From Nemertoderma westbladi (taxonomy: Eukaryota; Animalia; Xenacoelomorpha), in contig JAUCBJ010001798.1 in assembly GCA_032718475.1 (NCBI GenBank), positions 1 through 43,013 on the forward strand: a DNA stretch of 43,013 nt, given 5' to 3'. The position numbers and the translations under genes were made by a program. A model generated the notes under the pieces. The model did no database searches. It saw only the letters and a list, made by a program, of their open reading frames with translations, and was not told where the DNA came from. Shown piece after piece: positions 10,556 through 21,839 of this stretch; position 1 is the first letter of the stretch; every line of letters starts with the position of its first letter.

Positions 10556-11994
10556 GATTTATTTTCGATGCAAAGCAATCGAATAGAATGATGTTTTAGG
10601 TATATAGTGAAGTCAACCGTAGGAATGCCATCCTTTAGATACATACGTGCATGCAACGTTTCATGAGGCCACGTGACGAATAGAACCTGCGTACACAACA
10701 CATATAAAACAGGGTCTTATTATTCCATATAATGCGTAACACCATAGAAAAACCTCTGGGAAGAGGGAAAATGAGAAACCGAATGAGGGGTGCTTTGGGT
10801 CGGTTAGAATCCAAAGTATGGCCTCGAAAAATAGTACAAAATAAATACAATCCAAATAATTGTAACAAAAAATACTACAGAAAATATAGTATTTTAGTCG
10901 TTTCTTATGCTAAAATACTCTGAAAAAATATAAAGTCTATCCGGGTGAAATAAAGTATGAAAAAGTCTAAAAGGTTACTGAAAAGACGTAATAAACTTGG
11001 TGCGGCTTCACGCTATTGGAAACTTGGCAATAGTGCAAACACCAGGTTACTTTCTGTGTCCAAACAGGGGGGGCCCGATTGGATGCAGAATGTTTTTGTC
11101 CTACGACTCAGAGGTTTGACCGAAGGTCGCCCCAATGAGTCTACGGGCAGAGTGCGCAAGCTCTAGAGGGCTGGTTGGCCAAAAACTATGTTTTCAGCGG
11201 TAACTATACCCACGCTCCTAAGCCCCACCGATACTAGGCGAATGTAAAGGTGAGTATGGGGATAGTCCAGCCCGACTGCTGAGAAACTGAGCCAAGAGCG
11301 TTAAAATTGTTACTTTTGTTAAACGTTTGCCAAGTATTAATAAATATTAATTCATTTTAATAAAAACGCTAAACTAAAATTTTAACCGATAACTTTTGTG
11401 GAGGTCACCTCAGTTATTCAAAAAAAAAATGTTTTAGCCAATTTCACATCAAATTGAATGACTAGTAGCATTTTAACCGCTAATCGTGTTTCATTCAATG
11501 GCCGCTAGGGGGCGAATGGAAATTTAAAAAAATTTTGAAAAAACAAATGTTTAGCCATATTTTAACAGTCCATACTGTATAAAATCAAAATATTTTAATT
11601 TCAGTAGAAATTGTAGACATTTACAAAACGTGTTCGGGGGGGGGGGATACTCCGGCCTTAAACGCACCCTACCTACGTATCTCCATCCCGTGGATCCAGC
11701 GAGAGTGTGTCTCGGTGTCCATTAAAGCAAAAAAAAAATAATGATAAAAAGTCCTTTTGGAGATAGTGAAAAGTTTTCTAGAAATAGAATAGTTTTCTCC
11801 AAATGTGGGACAATTAATAGTTACCATAGGAACATAAACTAGATCCAGCTACGAATCAGTCCATATATTATTAACAGGACAGCCGTAATAATTTCGGGTT
11901 CAGTAACGTAGAAAGGGATGGGAATATTCAAATTAATATGGGGGTACACCACACACATCGTTGATGATCAATATTAATAATAAGAACAACTTAC

Positions 11995-12320
11995 CTTGGC
12001 GGTATAAACATCGCCGAGGTCTGGATCAATGATCTTATTAACCCCGCATTCACCATCCGCAAACGTTCCCGTTGAATACGACGGGTCATTACTGTCTACT
12101 AACAAAGCACAATCGTCTGAATGCGGCGACATCACAATCGAATGTTGTTCTTCGTCAAATAGTGTGGTCCACTTTGTAAAATTGGTAGGAATTTTGACAG
12201 TAAGGGAACCATTGCAATTTACTATGGTATCGCCCAGCTGGTTCAACTCCTCGAGCTCATCGAAAGTTACGTTCTCTAGCGAATCCAAATATTCACCAGG
12301 AAATTTTTTCCGAATCCGAC
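11995..12320 (-). CDS. Candidate 326-nt internal coding exon, product unknown
   Basis: The minus strand has a tttttgttattattttcag| acceptor and an aag|gtaagt donor around a stop-free frame GRIRKKFPGEYLDSLENVTFDELEE...DPDLGDVYTAK (phase 1 to phase 0) with protein-like composition. Confidence 0.6.
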
Positions 12321-12454
12321 CTGAAAATAATAACAAAAATGCACACCGACAAAGACCGACCGGGAAACAACTCAAAAAAGGATACACCTCGGCAAATGTT
12401 TGCATTAAATGTTTGTTATGTCTTATGTCCTGCCGTTGTGTGAACTGACCTAAC

Positions 12455-12877
12455 CTGACCAGACTTCGCGACGAGTAGACAGGTTGATTAGATGGAGGAT
12501 TTCACAGATACCCTGATTTCTTCCATCTAATGAATATTGAATAATTTTGCCCGGTTGTCCGAGTACTGCAATATCAAAGCCTTCATGGAATCATGTCGGG
12601 AACGTAACTTCTAAATCTGGGCTTAAATAAGTTTATAGATTTGATAGAGAATGCGCTGAACTGAGATGATTCCCTTTCACTTGTGGTGCCGGGGTGTATG
12701 GAATAATAGTTCCTTGTGGAGCAGATTTCCGTCCTGCTGTAAACTGGTTGTATCTCATATAGCGGTATGGTCATATTACCATCAAACAGATGAGTACACT
12801 TTATCAACCAAAATGATTAAGTTGTCCGTCGCTATGAGAATGGGGTTACTCGAATCTCTCCAAAATTAATGGACTCA
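12455..12877 (-). pseudogene. Possible upstream exon of the same gene, frameshifted
   Basis: Acceptor gttctcttacag| at 12878 and phase-1 donor tcag|gttagg at 12455, matching the next exon across a 134-nt intron. Open segments (LFDGNMTIPLYEIQPVYSRTEIC...; FHEGFDIAVLGQPGKIIQYSLDGRNQGICEILHLINLSTRREVWS) lie in different frames. Confidence 0.35.
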
Positions 12878-13129
12878 CTGTAAGAGAACAGCAATCCATC
12901 CATAACCAAACTCAAATAAAATATGGTTAATTTGTGACTTGTGATCGCGAATAGTTTTCAAGACGTTTCTGAAATTTGTGTATTGTGGTATGTGATGCTG
13001 GTCTATCTTAGTGTCGCAGCAAACAACTGTACGTTGTTCCGTTGTGGTGACATTTTGTCAATGTGGTGTCTTTTATGTTTTGCGGTGGTATATCGTCGTC
13101 ATCCATTGAGTCTCCACTTACAGAGGCTT

Positions 13130-14365
13130 TTTAGGAGCCCATTTTGGCACTTAGAAGGATAATTGAAGAGTTATCAAAAAAGAAAGACAGGAATCTGGCT
13201 GTTATCTTTGTTGACTTCTTCAAGGCCTTTGATTCAGTCTCTCGCTCACGTATGTTCAGCATACTTTCATTATATGGGATTCCTGATGAAATTATTGCAG
13301 CAATCAGATCAGTATACGATGGTTCGACAACATTTGTGTCTACTGTTGACGGTGACACAGAACCATTTGAAGTGTTATGGGGCGTCCTCCAAGGAGACAC
13401 ACTTGCACCATTCTTGTTCATTATTGTGGTTGACTATGTTCTACGCATGTCCTTAGATCATCATAATGATGATGGGGTGATGATAACTCCACCTACTGGC
13501 TCCAGAAGTCGAGGAAATCCTGCCAAGTACCTAACTGATCTAGACTTTGCTGATGACTTAGGAGTACTCTCAGAATCATTAGAGGGAGCCCAGCGGCTCC
13601 TCAGCTCATTAGAACATGCTGCTTCTAGTGTTGGTCTTTTTATTAACTCCAGAAAGACCAAAATTCTGACAGTTAACTTTGAAAGTCCTCAGCAAGTCTC
13701 TGATCGGATGAGCATAAGCTCAAAGGATGGTATGCTTGAGCATGTGGACGACTTCTGTTACCTGGGATCATGGATCCGGAAGTCAGGTGAGGACCTTCGA
13801 ATACGTAAGGGAAAGGCATGGGCAGCCTTGAATAGGCTTTCCAGGATTTGGAAGTCACCTAGAATTAATCGGAAACTTAAGGTCCGATTATTTAGAGCAG
13901 CAGTAGTTCCAGTACTCCTCTACGGGAGTCCATGCTGGGCTCTAACTGCTGAGGACACCAAATCTCTGGATGGCACATTCACAAGAATGCTACGCCGGGT
14001 ACATTGTGTCAAGTACAATGCACACATCTCCAACCAGACACTATATAACATTGGAGGTGTCTCATTGGTTCCCCCAAGCTTGACACTAGAACAAAATCGC
14101 CTCCGCTTTGCAGGACATTGCTTTCGCCGTGAGGACCAGCCAGTGCATAATCTTGTACTTTGGCAGCCTCATGGAGTGAATAAGCATGGTGGACAGCCCA
14201 TGACTTTCTTGAGACGCATCTTAAAGGACACTGGCCTTAAAGATGCGGATGATCTAGCAAATGTCATGGGTGATAGGGAGTTGTGGCGGTGCAATTTTGT
14301 TGACAAGCCGGCACAGCATTATTAAAAATGCAGCTGCAATGCAGCATGCCGATCCTAGTAGTAGT
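13130..14365 (+). mobile_element. 5'-truncated RTE family A LINE with an uninterrupted RT C-terminal ORF (13144-14325)
   Basis: FVDFFKAFDSV, GVLQGDTLAPFLFIIVVDYVLR, LDFADD, YLGSWI, LLYGSPCW and RLRFAGHCFR motifs; short 3' UTR aatgcagctgcaatgcagcatgccgatcc and a tagtagtag tail. Confidence 0.96.
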
Positions 14366-15510
14366 ACAGATTCTATCATATGGGATTCCTGAGGAAATTA
14401 TTGCAGCTATCCGATCACTGTACGATGGTTCCACCACATTTGTGTCAAATGCTGATGGTGAGACAGATCCATTCGAAGTCTTATGGGGAGTCCTTCAGGG
14501 TGACACAGATGTACCAATCTTATTCATAATTGTGGTTGACTATGTTCTACGCATGTCCTTAGACCATCTTAATAAAGATGGGGTGATGGTAACACCCACC
14601 TACTGGCACAAGAAGTAGAGAAAATCCAGCAAAGTACCTTACTGCTAGACTTTGCTGATTACTTAGGGGTACACTGTCAGAATCAAAAGAGGGCTCCTCT
14701 GCTCATTGGAGCAGGTTGCTTCTAGTGTTGGTCTTTTTGTAAACTCTAAGAAGACCAAAATCATGACAGTAAACCTAGGCAGCCCTCAAGAAATGTCTGA
14801 TCGTAAGGGCATAAGCTCTAAGGATAGCTTGCTTGAGCACATGGATGACTTCTGCTTCTTGGGATCATGGATCTGAAAGTCAGATACGTAAGATACGTAA
14901 GGGGATGGGCAGCGTTAAATAGTCTGTCCAGGATTTGGAAGTCCCATAGAATAAAACGGAACCTTAAGGTTCGATTATTTATGGCAGTAGTAGTACCAGT
15001 AATCTTATATGGGAGTCCATGCTGGGCTCTAACTGCAGAGGATACCAAATCTCTGGATAGCACTTTCACAAGAATGCTGCGTAGGGTTCATTGTGTCAAG
15101 TACAATGAATACAACTCCAACCCACTACAACATTGGTGCTGTTTCATTATTCTCCCCTAGGTTGACACTTGAACGGAACCGCCTCCGCTTTTCAGGACAT
15201 TGCTTTCACCGTAAGGACCAGCCAGTGCATAATCTTGTGCTTCTTCGGCCTCACGGAGCAAATAACCATGGTGGACATCCCATGACTTTCTTGAGACGGA
15301 AAATAACACTGGCCTTGAAGATGCGGATGATCTAGCAAATGTCATGGGTGATAAGGAGTTATGGCAGCGCAATTTTTGACGACAAGCCGGCACAGCATTC
15401 TTAATGTATTTATATTATCAATCATCCTTCTTTATTTTTCTTCTATCCTATTAATCATTCTTAATGTTCTTTGTGTAATATATATATAATGCAGCTGCAA
15501 TGCAGCATGT
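14366..15510 (+). mobile_element. Second, more decayed 5'-truncated RTE family A copy, head-to-tail with the first
   Basis: Starts at SYGIPEEIIAAIRSLYDGSTT directly after the first copy's tail. It is collinear with 13270-14350 but has stops and frameshifts, and its 3' UTR is split by an AT-rich insert at ~15406-15490. Confidence 0.93.
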
Positions 15511-16505
15511 AATGGGGCTTTCTTTCCGCATGATTGAGTATGTAATGGGTTGGAATATGTAATGGGTTGTTTGACGTATTTAATGGGTCGGTTAGCGTAT
15601 ATATGTTGGTGCCATTCATTCATTCGAGGGTTATAGATGCAACTTATTCTTGGTCTATCAACTAATTATATTAATAATATTCAGCTTTCAAATTACCCGA
15701 ATTCGGAAGTATTATTTCGATATTGTTGACAGAATAGTTCAAAAGAGCGTAAACAGTGACTACTTGAAATTGATTGTATACGAAATCCAACAACGCTGGA
15801 CCCTCAAGTTCCTCGAAGGCTTCTCCATGTTCGTCCATTACATTGTTTAGAACAATCAGCTTGTCACCATTATTGTTACGATCCTAAAAATACATAATTA
15901 TTAAATATTAATTTGTTTATTCATTCAAGCAACCTAGATAGGGCATAAACGAAATACAGGAATCACAATTAAACATATAATTAATTTTAAACCAAATAAT
16001 ATTAACAACAACAATAATAATAATATCCCAAGAAATTGATAAATATCCACTCCACACCCTACTCCAAATATTCCACTGTATATAATGAATAATATTTTCT
16101 TGACAGTAGACAGAAAGTTGGAGTTACGAAGTCTAAAGTTTAGGGATTAGAAAAATGGGATTTACATGGGATATTATATATCAGATAGCATTATCTTCAG
16201 GATTCACGCAGCATCAGATATCATTATCCAAGAAAAACCAGATGTGGTTGAAACATACCGATGAAACATAGTTGCGGGGACTTATAGACATTGTGAATTC
16301 CGTATTAAAAGACATTCAATATGATCCCTTAGGAATGAAAACTCACACTAGCGGCTAATGAATTATCTGAGTCTGGGGATATTGACGATATTGTTTCGGG
16401 AACTCAATTGCCCAACTATTAATAATTAATTACAAGCTTGCCAGCCGAGAGCTGGCAATAATGGACGGATCCATTGCTACCAATATAGTTTTAATAATAT
16501 ACGCG

Positions 16506-16978
16506 CCTATGCATGCAGGGCAGCCTAATAACGAAAAACGAAGCATTGGGCGAAGTACACAATTGGACGGATCCTTCATGGATGTCCTTATTTCTCACTG
16601 GTGCATGTTTGTTTGTTTGTGTGTTTGTTTGTACACACAACTTCATGCACTTAATGTTGGTGATAGGTTCATTATAGGACCTAGTTGCGTATGCAAGGTT
16701 TTGGTTGATAGGGACCTGTTGGTTGCCTAGCCACAGTAAAATTTATTCTAGAATGACCGATCATAATCGTAGAATTTACTCAATCAAAATTCTGTCGACA
16801 CCCCATAGGGAGCATCTATTGGACATGTTTTCTGCAAACTTTATTTCGTTCAGAATTGTAGGAGAAGATACATTTTTTTACACACAGTGTTTTTTTTAAT
16901 ACAATATACTACTATTGTGTACTTTGCCTAATGTTTCGTTTTGCGTTTTTCGTTATTAGGCTGCCTGCCCTGCATAGG
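16506..16978. mobile_element. MITE-like element with ~60-bp imperfect terminal inverted repeats
   Basis: Left cctatgca..ggcagcctaataacgaaaaacg..aagcattgggcgaagtacacaat; right attgtgtactttgcctaatgttt..cgtttttcgttattaggctgcc..tgcatagg; internal (GTTT)n. No clear TSD. Confidence 0.75.
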
Positions 16979-17132
16979 TATAACCTGTACATATACTAAT
17001 TCGTTTATTGTTTTGGTAAGATTCAGCCCTTCTGTAACCTGTGTTTTTGGTGAAAACCTGGTATTCTTCACATGGGGGTATCTACAAAGAGAAGTATAAC
17101 GGCAGAAAGTCGTATACTTCACATGATGGGCC
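16979..17132 (-). mobile_element. Truncated copy of the GCCCATGTGAAG-TIR MITE
   Basis: The reverse complement matches 18101-18253 (cccatgtgaagaataccaggttttcaccaaaa..caggttacagaagggctgaatct). Confidence 0.85.
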
Positions 17133-18100
17133 ATTATTTTACCTTTATTTAAATGGTGCTATTCTGCTATATTTACAAACATAAATCAGAAATCAAAATT
17201 ATTATTCCTGGTGGTGTTTGAACCCACCAAAGGAAATAATGAAGGAAGTTATGGAAATGCGAATGCAATGTTAAAGGGAAGAGTTTGATCGGAAAATCAA
17301 AGCACAAAGGGGAATTATCAACAGATGGCGTTAGTGGTCACCATACTGTTACTGTTAGATATATTATATTGTAGGCCTAGCTACTGCGCTTGACTCAATG
17401 CGTTTCGTCATTGCGGCATTTACATATTATAAAACCGTTGTATTTTTATTATTATAATACTACATGTATTTACAACTTTACTACCCGGTAGATTATTTAC
17501 TGTAGCGAGCTTGAGAATCAGTAGGCGTATAAAATATATTGTCCTTGTCCACCAAATTGTTGAGGTATTTTTATTTAGTCTGTAGCCTTCTCCGACCGAA
17601 TGAGCCGTCATTTTACAAAAAAAAATTTAGCTTTATACCGTTAGCAAGATTAGCTTGTATTTGTATATGTCGGCTCGGTATATAAATATGTCGGCTATAA
17701 ATATCGGCTCCGGTTCTTTCGTATATCACCCTAAAGTAATAGTAATAGCCATCCTAAGTCTAATCCCGTAATGTACATTGCTACATAACATGAACAACGT
17801 GAGTACGATACCAATGTAATGTAAGTATAAAATTACTCATCCATAAGGGGTATAAAATGTAGAGCTAGGCCTAGCCATATAGTGTAAATGTAGACTGCTA
17901 ATTAGCCAATTAGGTGGCCTTGTGTACCTATTTGTATATATTTGAAATGTTGCAGCCAATTTTCTTTCAGTTGTGCTGTGTTCTTGCGATTAGACATTAA
18001 ATGTCTAATTATAAAATTAGACATTATAATTATGCCGTATTTTAGAATTCTACGATTTGCTGTTTAAGTTCAATTTTAATTTTAATTTAATTATCGTTTG

Positions 18101-18378
18101 GGCCCATGTGAAGTATACCAGACTTTCTGCCATTATATTTCACTTTGCAGTTACCCCCATGTGAAGAATACCAGGTTTTCACCAAAAATACAGGTTACAG
18201 AAGGGCTGAATCTAACCAAAACAATAAACAAATTAGTATGTGTACAGGTTATAAGACAGAAATAAGCGATATAAAACACTTAATAAAGATAAATTAAAAA
18301 AAAATAAAAATCTTCATATATAAAATTCCAATAAAAAGTCGACCGAAAAGTGAAATCCTGATATTCTTCACATGGGCG
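18101..18378 (+). mobile_element. 278-bp MITE with TIR GCCCATGTGAAG(A/T)ATA and an 8-bp TSD
   Basis: ggcccatgtgaagtata...tattcttcacatgggcg, flanked by atcgtttg at 18093-18100 and 18379-18386. Related copies at 16979 and 36053. Confidence 0.88.
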
Positions 18379-19374
18379 ATCGTTTGTGTCACTCTCTGTT
18401 TGAAAATTGAAACATTTTACATTATATTTAATTCCCGGTATAGACACTAAGTATACATGTTTCTACACTGCGTATAGTAATGTAGGTTAGGCTTGGCGGT
18501 ACCGCTACGTTTGGTAAATGAACTAATACTGCTTATATAGCATATCGTATAGGCCCCTATGGTGTATGGGTACCATTTACCATACCATATACCAATTTCA
18601 TCGTAAATGGTTTTTAACATTAATTCAGTGTCAGTCATGTTATGGTTGAACTGAACAGTTGCGAAATAATACACAATGAATGCGAATGGCCCCAAATCTA
18701 AGTAGTCCCAACTCCTTTTCAGTACCAAGGGCTTCTGTGCGTTGTGTTTGTGTATAGAGCTACTGTAGGCCTATTGCCATACTACTGAAAAGCATAGGAT
18801 AGGGAGGGCCTATCCAATATTGTATCGGTTCCATATGTAGGCCTGTATGGAGAAATGGTTCTGGGTTATGTTACATAGTTGCGATTCAGTATTGTTGTGG
18901 AACATTGATAGTGATTCATTAATATGTTTAAGATTCTATAAGGTAATATGCTATTTCCGCCTTATGTACTTAGAAAGTCAATTAGAAAAACTGAGCATTT
19001 CAACCGGACCCTCTCAGAGCATTGCTCAATGAACCTTTTCCTAACAAGGAAACAAGTAAAACAGGTAACAAGGTAAACTTCTAAAAAACTTACAAAAAAC
19101 ATGTAAGAAACTAACATACATTTACCAGAGTAACTATCCACAGGTATTCCAATTAACAGGCCTCGGAATCAATCCCTAATAAGATCGGCGACGTAAGCGA
19201 GATTTTAGTTTATCGGTACCACCGCGCTGTGTCGGTCGGTCTAAATACTGAGACAATCTTTGATGAAATGAACCGAACTTGGTAGGCCTACACATCTTGT
19301 CTGAAATAGAATTTGCGTGTGGTGGGAATCTGTGGTCGACCAGTAAGTTTACGGTATACAGATTTTCATAAAAC

Positions 19375-20386
19375 TACGGAAACCCTGAGTGGCCAAGCTG
19401 TTATACATTCATGAACAAGAGGTCCGCGCGCGAATTTTGAAATATGTGTGTATGCATGACATGAGCATATGTGTGCGCGAAATGTATATGTGTGCACAAC
19501 ATCATTATATATGTGCACCACATGAGGGGGTGTGTGCACGACATGTGTATGTGTGCACAACATGAGTAGGCCTATATGTGTGCTGTGTGCACGACATGAG
19601 TATATGTATGCATGACTACGACATGAGATGTAGACTTGATGGAGGGAAATTCAAACAAAGCATAATTCACATACAGTTGATGTGTCCTGTTACCGGTAGG
19701 TTACCTACTGACCACTAACCTAGCTGTAATGTTAGATAGAGTAACGACTCCGACTAAACTGCAAAGCTTCACGATGCATACGGTAGGGTGTGGCATTCAA
19801 GGCGATAAAGGCACCGTTAGATGGAAACCACATGGAGTTTCAACAAAGTTCGGACTTCGTTGTCTTCATTCCGAGTTTATTGGACTCGGCTACTAAGTCT
19901 TCCAACCGGGGTTATTTGGACTCAGCGTCTTTTGTTCTCGGGTTTACTTTTACTCCATGTGCCATCTGCAATGTTAACGATCGACCGAGCCACACCGTAT
20001 TCATCGTGAAGCTTGCAATTTAGTCGGAATCGTTATACAGCTAGGTCAGTAGGTAACCTACCCGTACCAGTACACAGCAACTGTATGTGAATTGTGCTTT
20101 GTTTGAATTTCCCTCCATCTCTAGTCTACATATCATGTCGTGCAAACATATACTCATGTCATGCACAGATATAGTATGTCGCTCACACATATACTAATGT
20201 TGTACACATACACACATGTCGCGTACACATATGCTCTTGATGTGCATACATATATGCTCAGCTTATGTCAAGCACAGATATACTCTGTTGTGCACACATA
20301 CACCCATGTCGTACATACACACACACAATTCCAAATTCGCGCTGGTGATGTATAACAGCTTCGCCACTCAGGTCAGGGCTTCCGTA
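19375..20386. mobile_element. 1012-bp foldback (near-whole-length palindromic) non-autonomous DNA element with a 6-bp TSD
   Basis: Termini tacggaa...ttccgta; the arms pair over more than 400 bp (e.g. gatggagggaaattcaaacaaagca / tgctttgtttgaatttccctccatc); central hairpin ccgagtt-tattg-gactcgg at 19871-19889; taaaac at 19369-19374 and 20387-20392. Confidence 0.88.
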
Positions 20387-21839
20387 TAAAACCAACAAGT
20401 TTTTTTTTGCGTAATTCACCCACCGCCTCATTGAGACAAATTATTTAATTTATTATTGATTCAAATTCATTGCTAGTCGTTGATGTTGCTTAACCTATGC
20501 TTCGCTTGCATATATCACTTAGATGATACATTAATTAACATGTTTAATTTGGGATTTAAGGATAATTTACATGTATCCTAATGCAATCCCTGGAACTGAT
20601 AATTATTTGCAACATGTGGTTTGTGTATCTGCACCCAGGTGGTATGTGAGTTGTTAGGGTATTAGATAGTAGATTGCATTGACAGTTGTTGCTTAGTGTG
20701 TATTATAGTATAATTATAATTTAACCAGAACCAGGGCCAGGGGAAATTGTATACAATACAAATACACATCTGTCTTCTGGAAATCTTCTTGCATTATTGT
20801 GTTCTGTGGGCCTACTCCTGTGTATGTGTGCTTCGTAGCTTTAAAAAAATGAATGAGATTTCATTTGATTGGGAACTTTTAACCAGAAATATATTGAGTT
20901 ATGGATTGTAATATTTCTTAATGCCATTATGTTTTATTTTTTGTTATACAGTTGGCCTACATTTAAATTGCATTTTTTCATAATTATTAATTATATTATA
21001 TAGTTTAAATTCTGTCATAAATATAACACCAATGATAAATACACCCCTCCTCCTGTAGGAGGTACCAGTACATATTACAAAAATAAAATTTTACAAAGAT
21101 ATTAATTCATTACTTCGTATTGTTGTTGATTCTTTCAGTAGACGAACTGACTACTCCATGCCCTGCAATACACTGCCTTTATTCAGGTACTTGCCCTTAC
21201 CCAAAAAATCTGCTTTCACATATCTTAATGAGATCGCTTGAAATTTGAAACAGAAATAGTTTCATCACCTTCCAGGATGTGTCAGAATTTTTACTTTTGC
21301 TTTTATTCCTTATTACAAGCGTTTGATTCCCAGAGAAAAATTAAATGTTCCAGAACTATGTGTATTTATTAAATGAAATTAAATTTCATTTAATTTCGGG
21401 CGGGGCCGATTGCTGAAAATATTCCAAGAAACGGTGCATATATGAGTTGTTATACATTGCTTTTGCAACTCTAGTATTTGAAAACTCATCCGAGTTTGCC
21501 ATATTGTGTGTAATCTGCTCTCTGCTCTGTACGTATATTAGAATATGAGTAGTTTCCTGCTATCTCAACATTTATTTTTAAGTTTTAATGTATTCCTTTT
21601 CAACAATTTTTATACTATACAGCTTTTGGTATGATTAATTTATATTTGAAGTCGAGTGCTCACTGCTCAATACATAATAGTTTAGAATTGCTGTCAACGC
21701 CCTAATTATTTAATGGATGACCATATATGGAAGAACCTGAAGTCTAAACCCAAACCACATTCTGGTTTCTTTTCTTAGCTGATGGTTATCTGGTAAGTCA
21801 ATATCAATAATACCGAAATTAGTAGGATTTTATCAACTA

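Noticed and set aside
11500-11515. CTCF-like motif ggccgctagggggcga
   Set aside because: A single motif match in probable transposon-derived sequence; function cannot be supported from sequence alone.
13144-14325. RT as a retron, group II intron, DGR or domesticated gene
   Set aside because: Motifs, C-terminal domain, short 3' UTR, 5' truncation and multiple decayed siblings all fit an RTE-clade LINE.
21368-21394. Perfect AT-rich palindrome attaaatgaaatt-a-aatttcatttaat
   Set aside because: Short, low-complexity and isolated; likely a local template-switch duplication.
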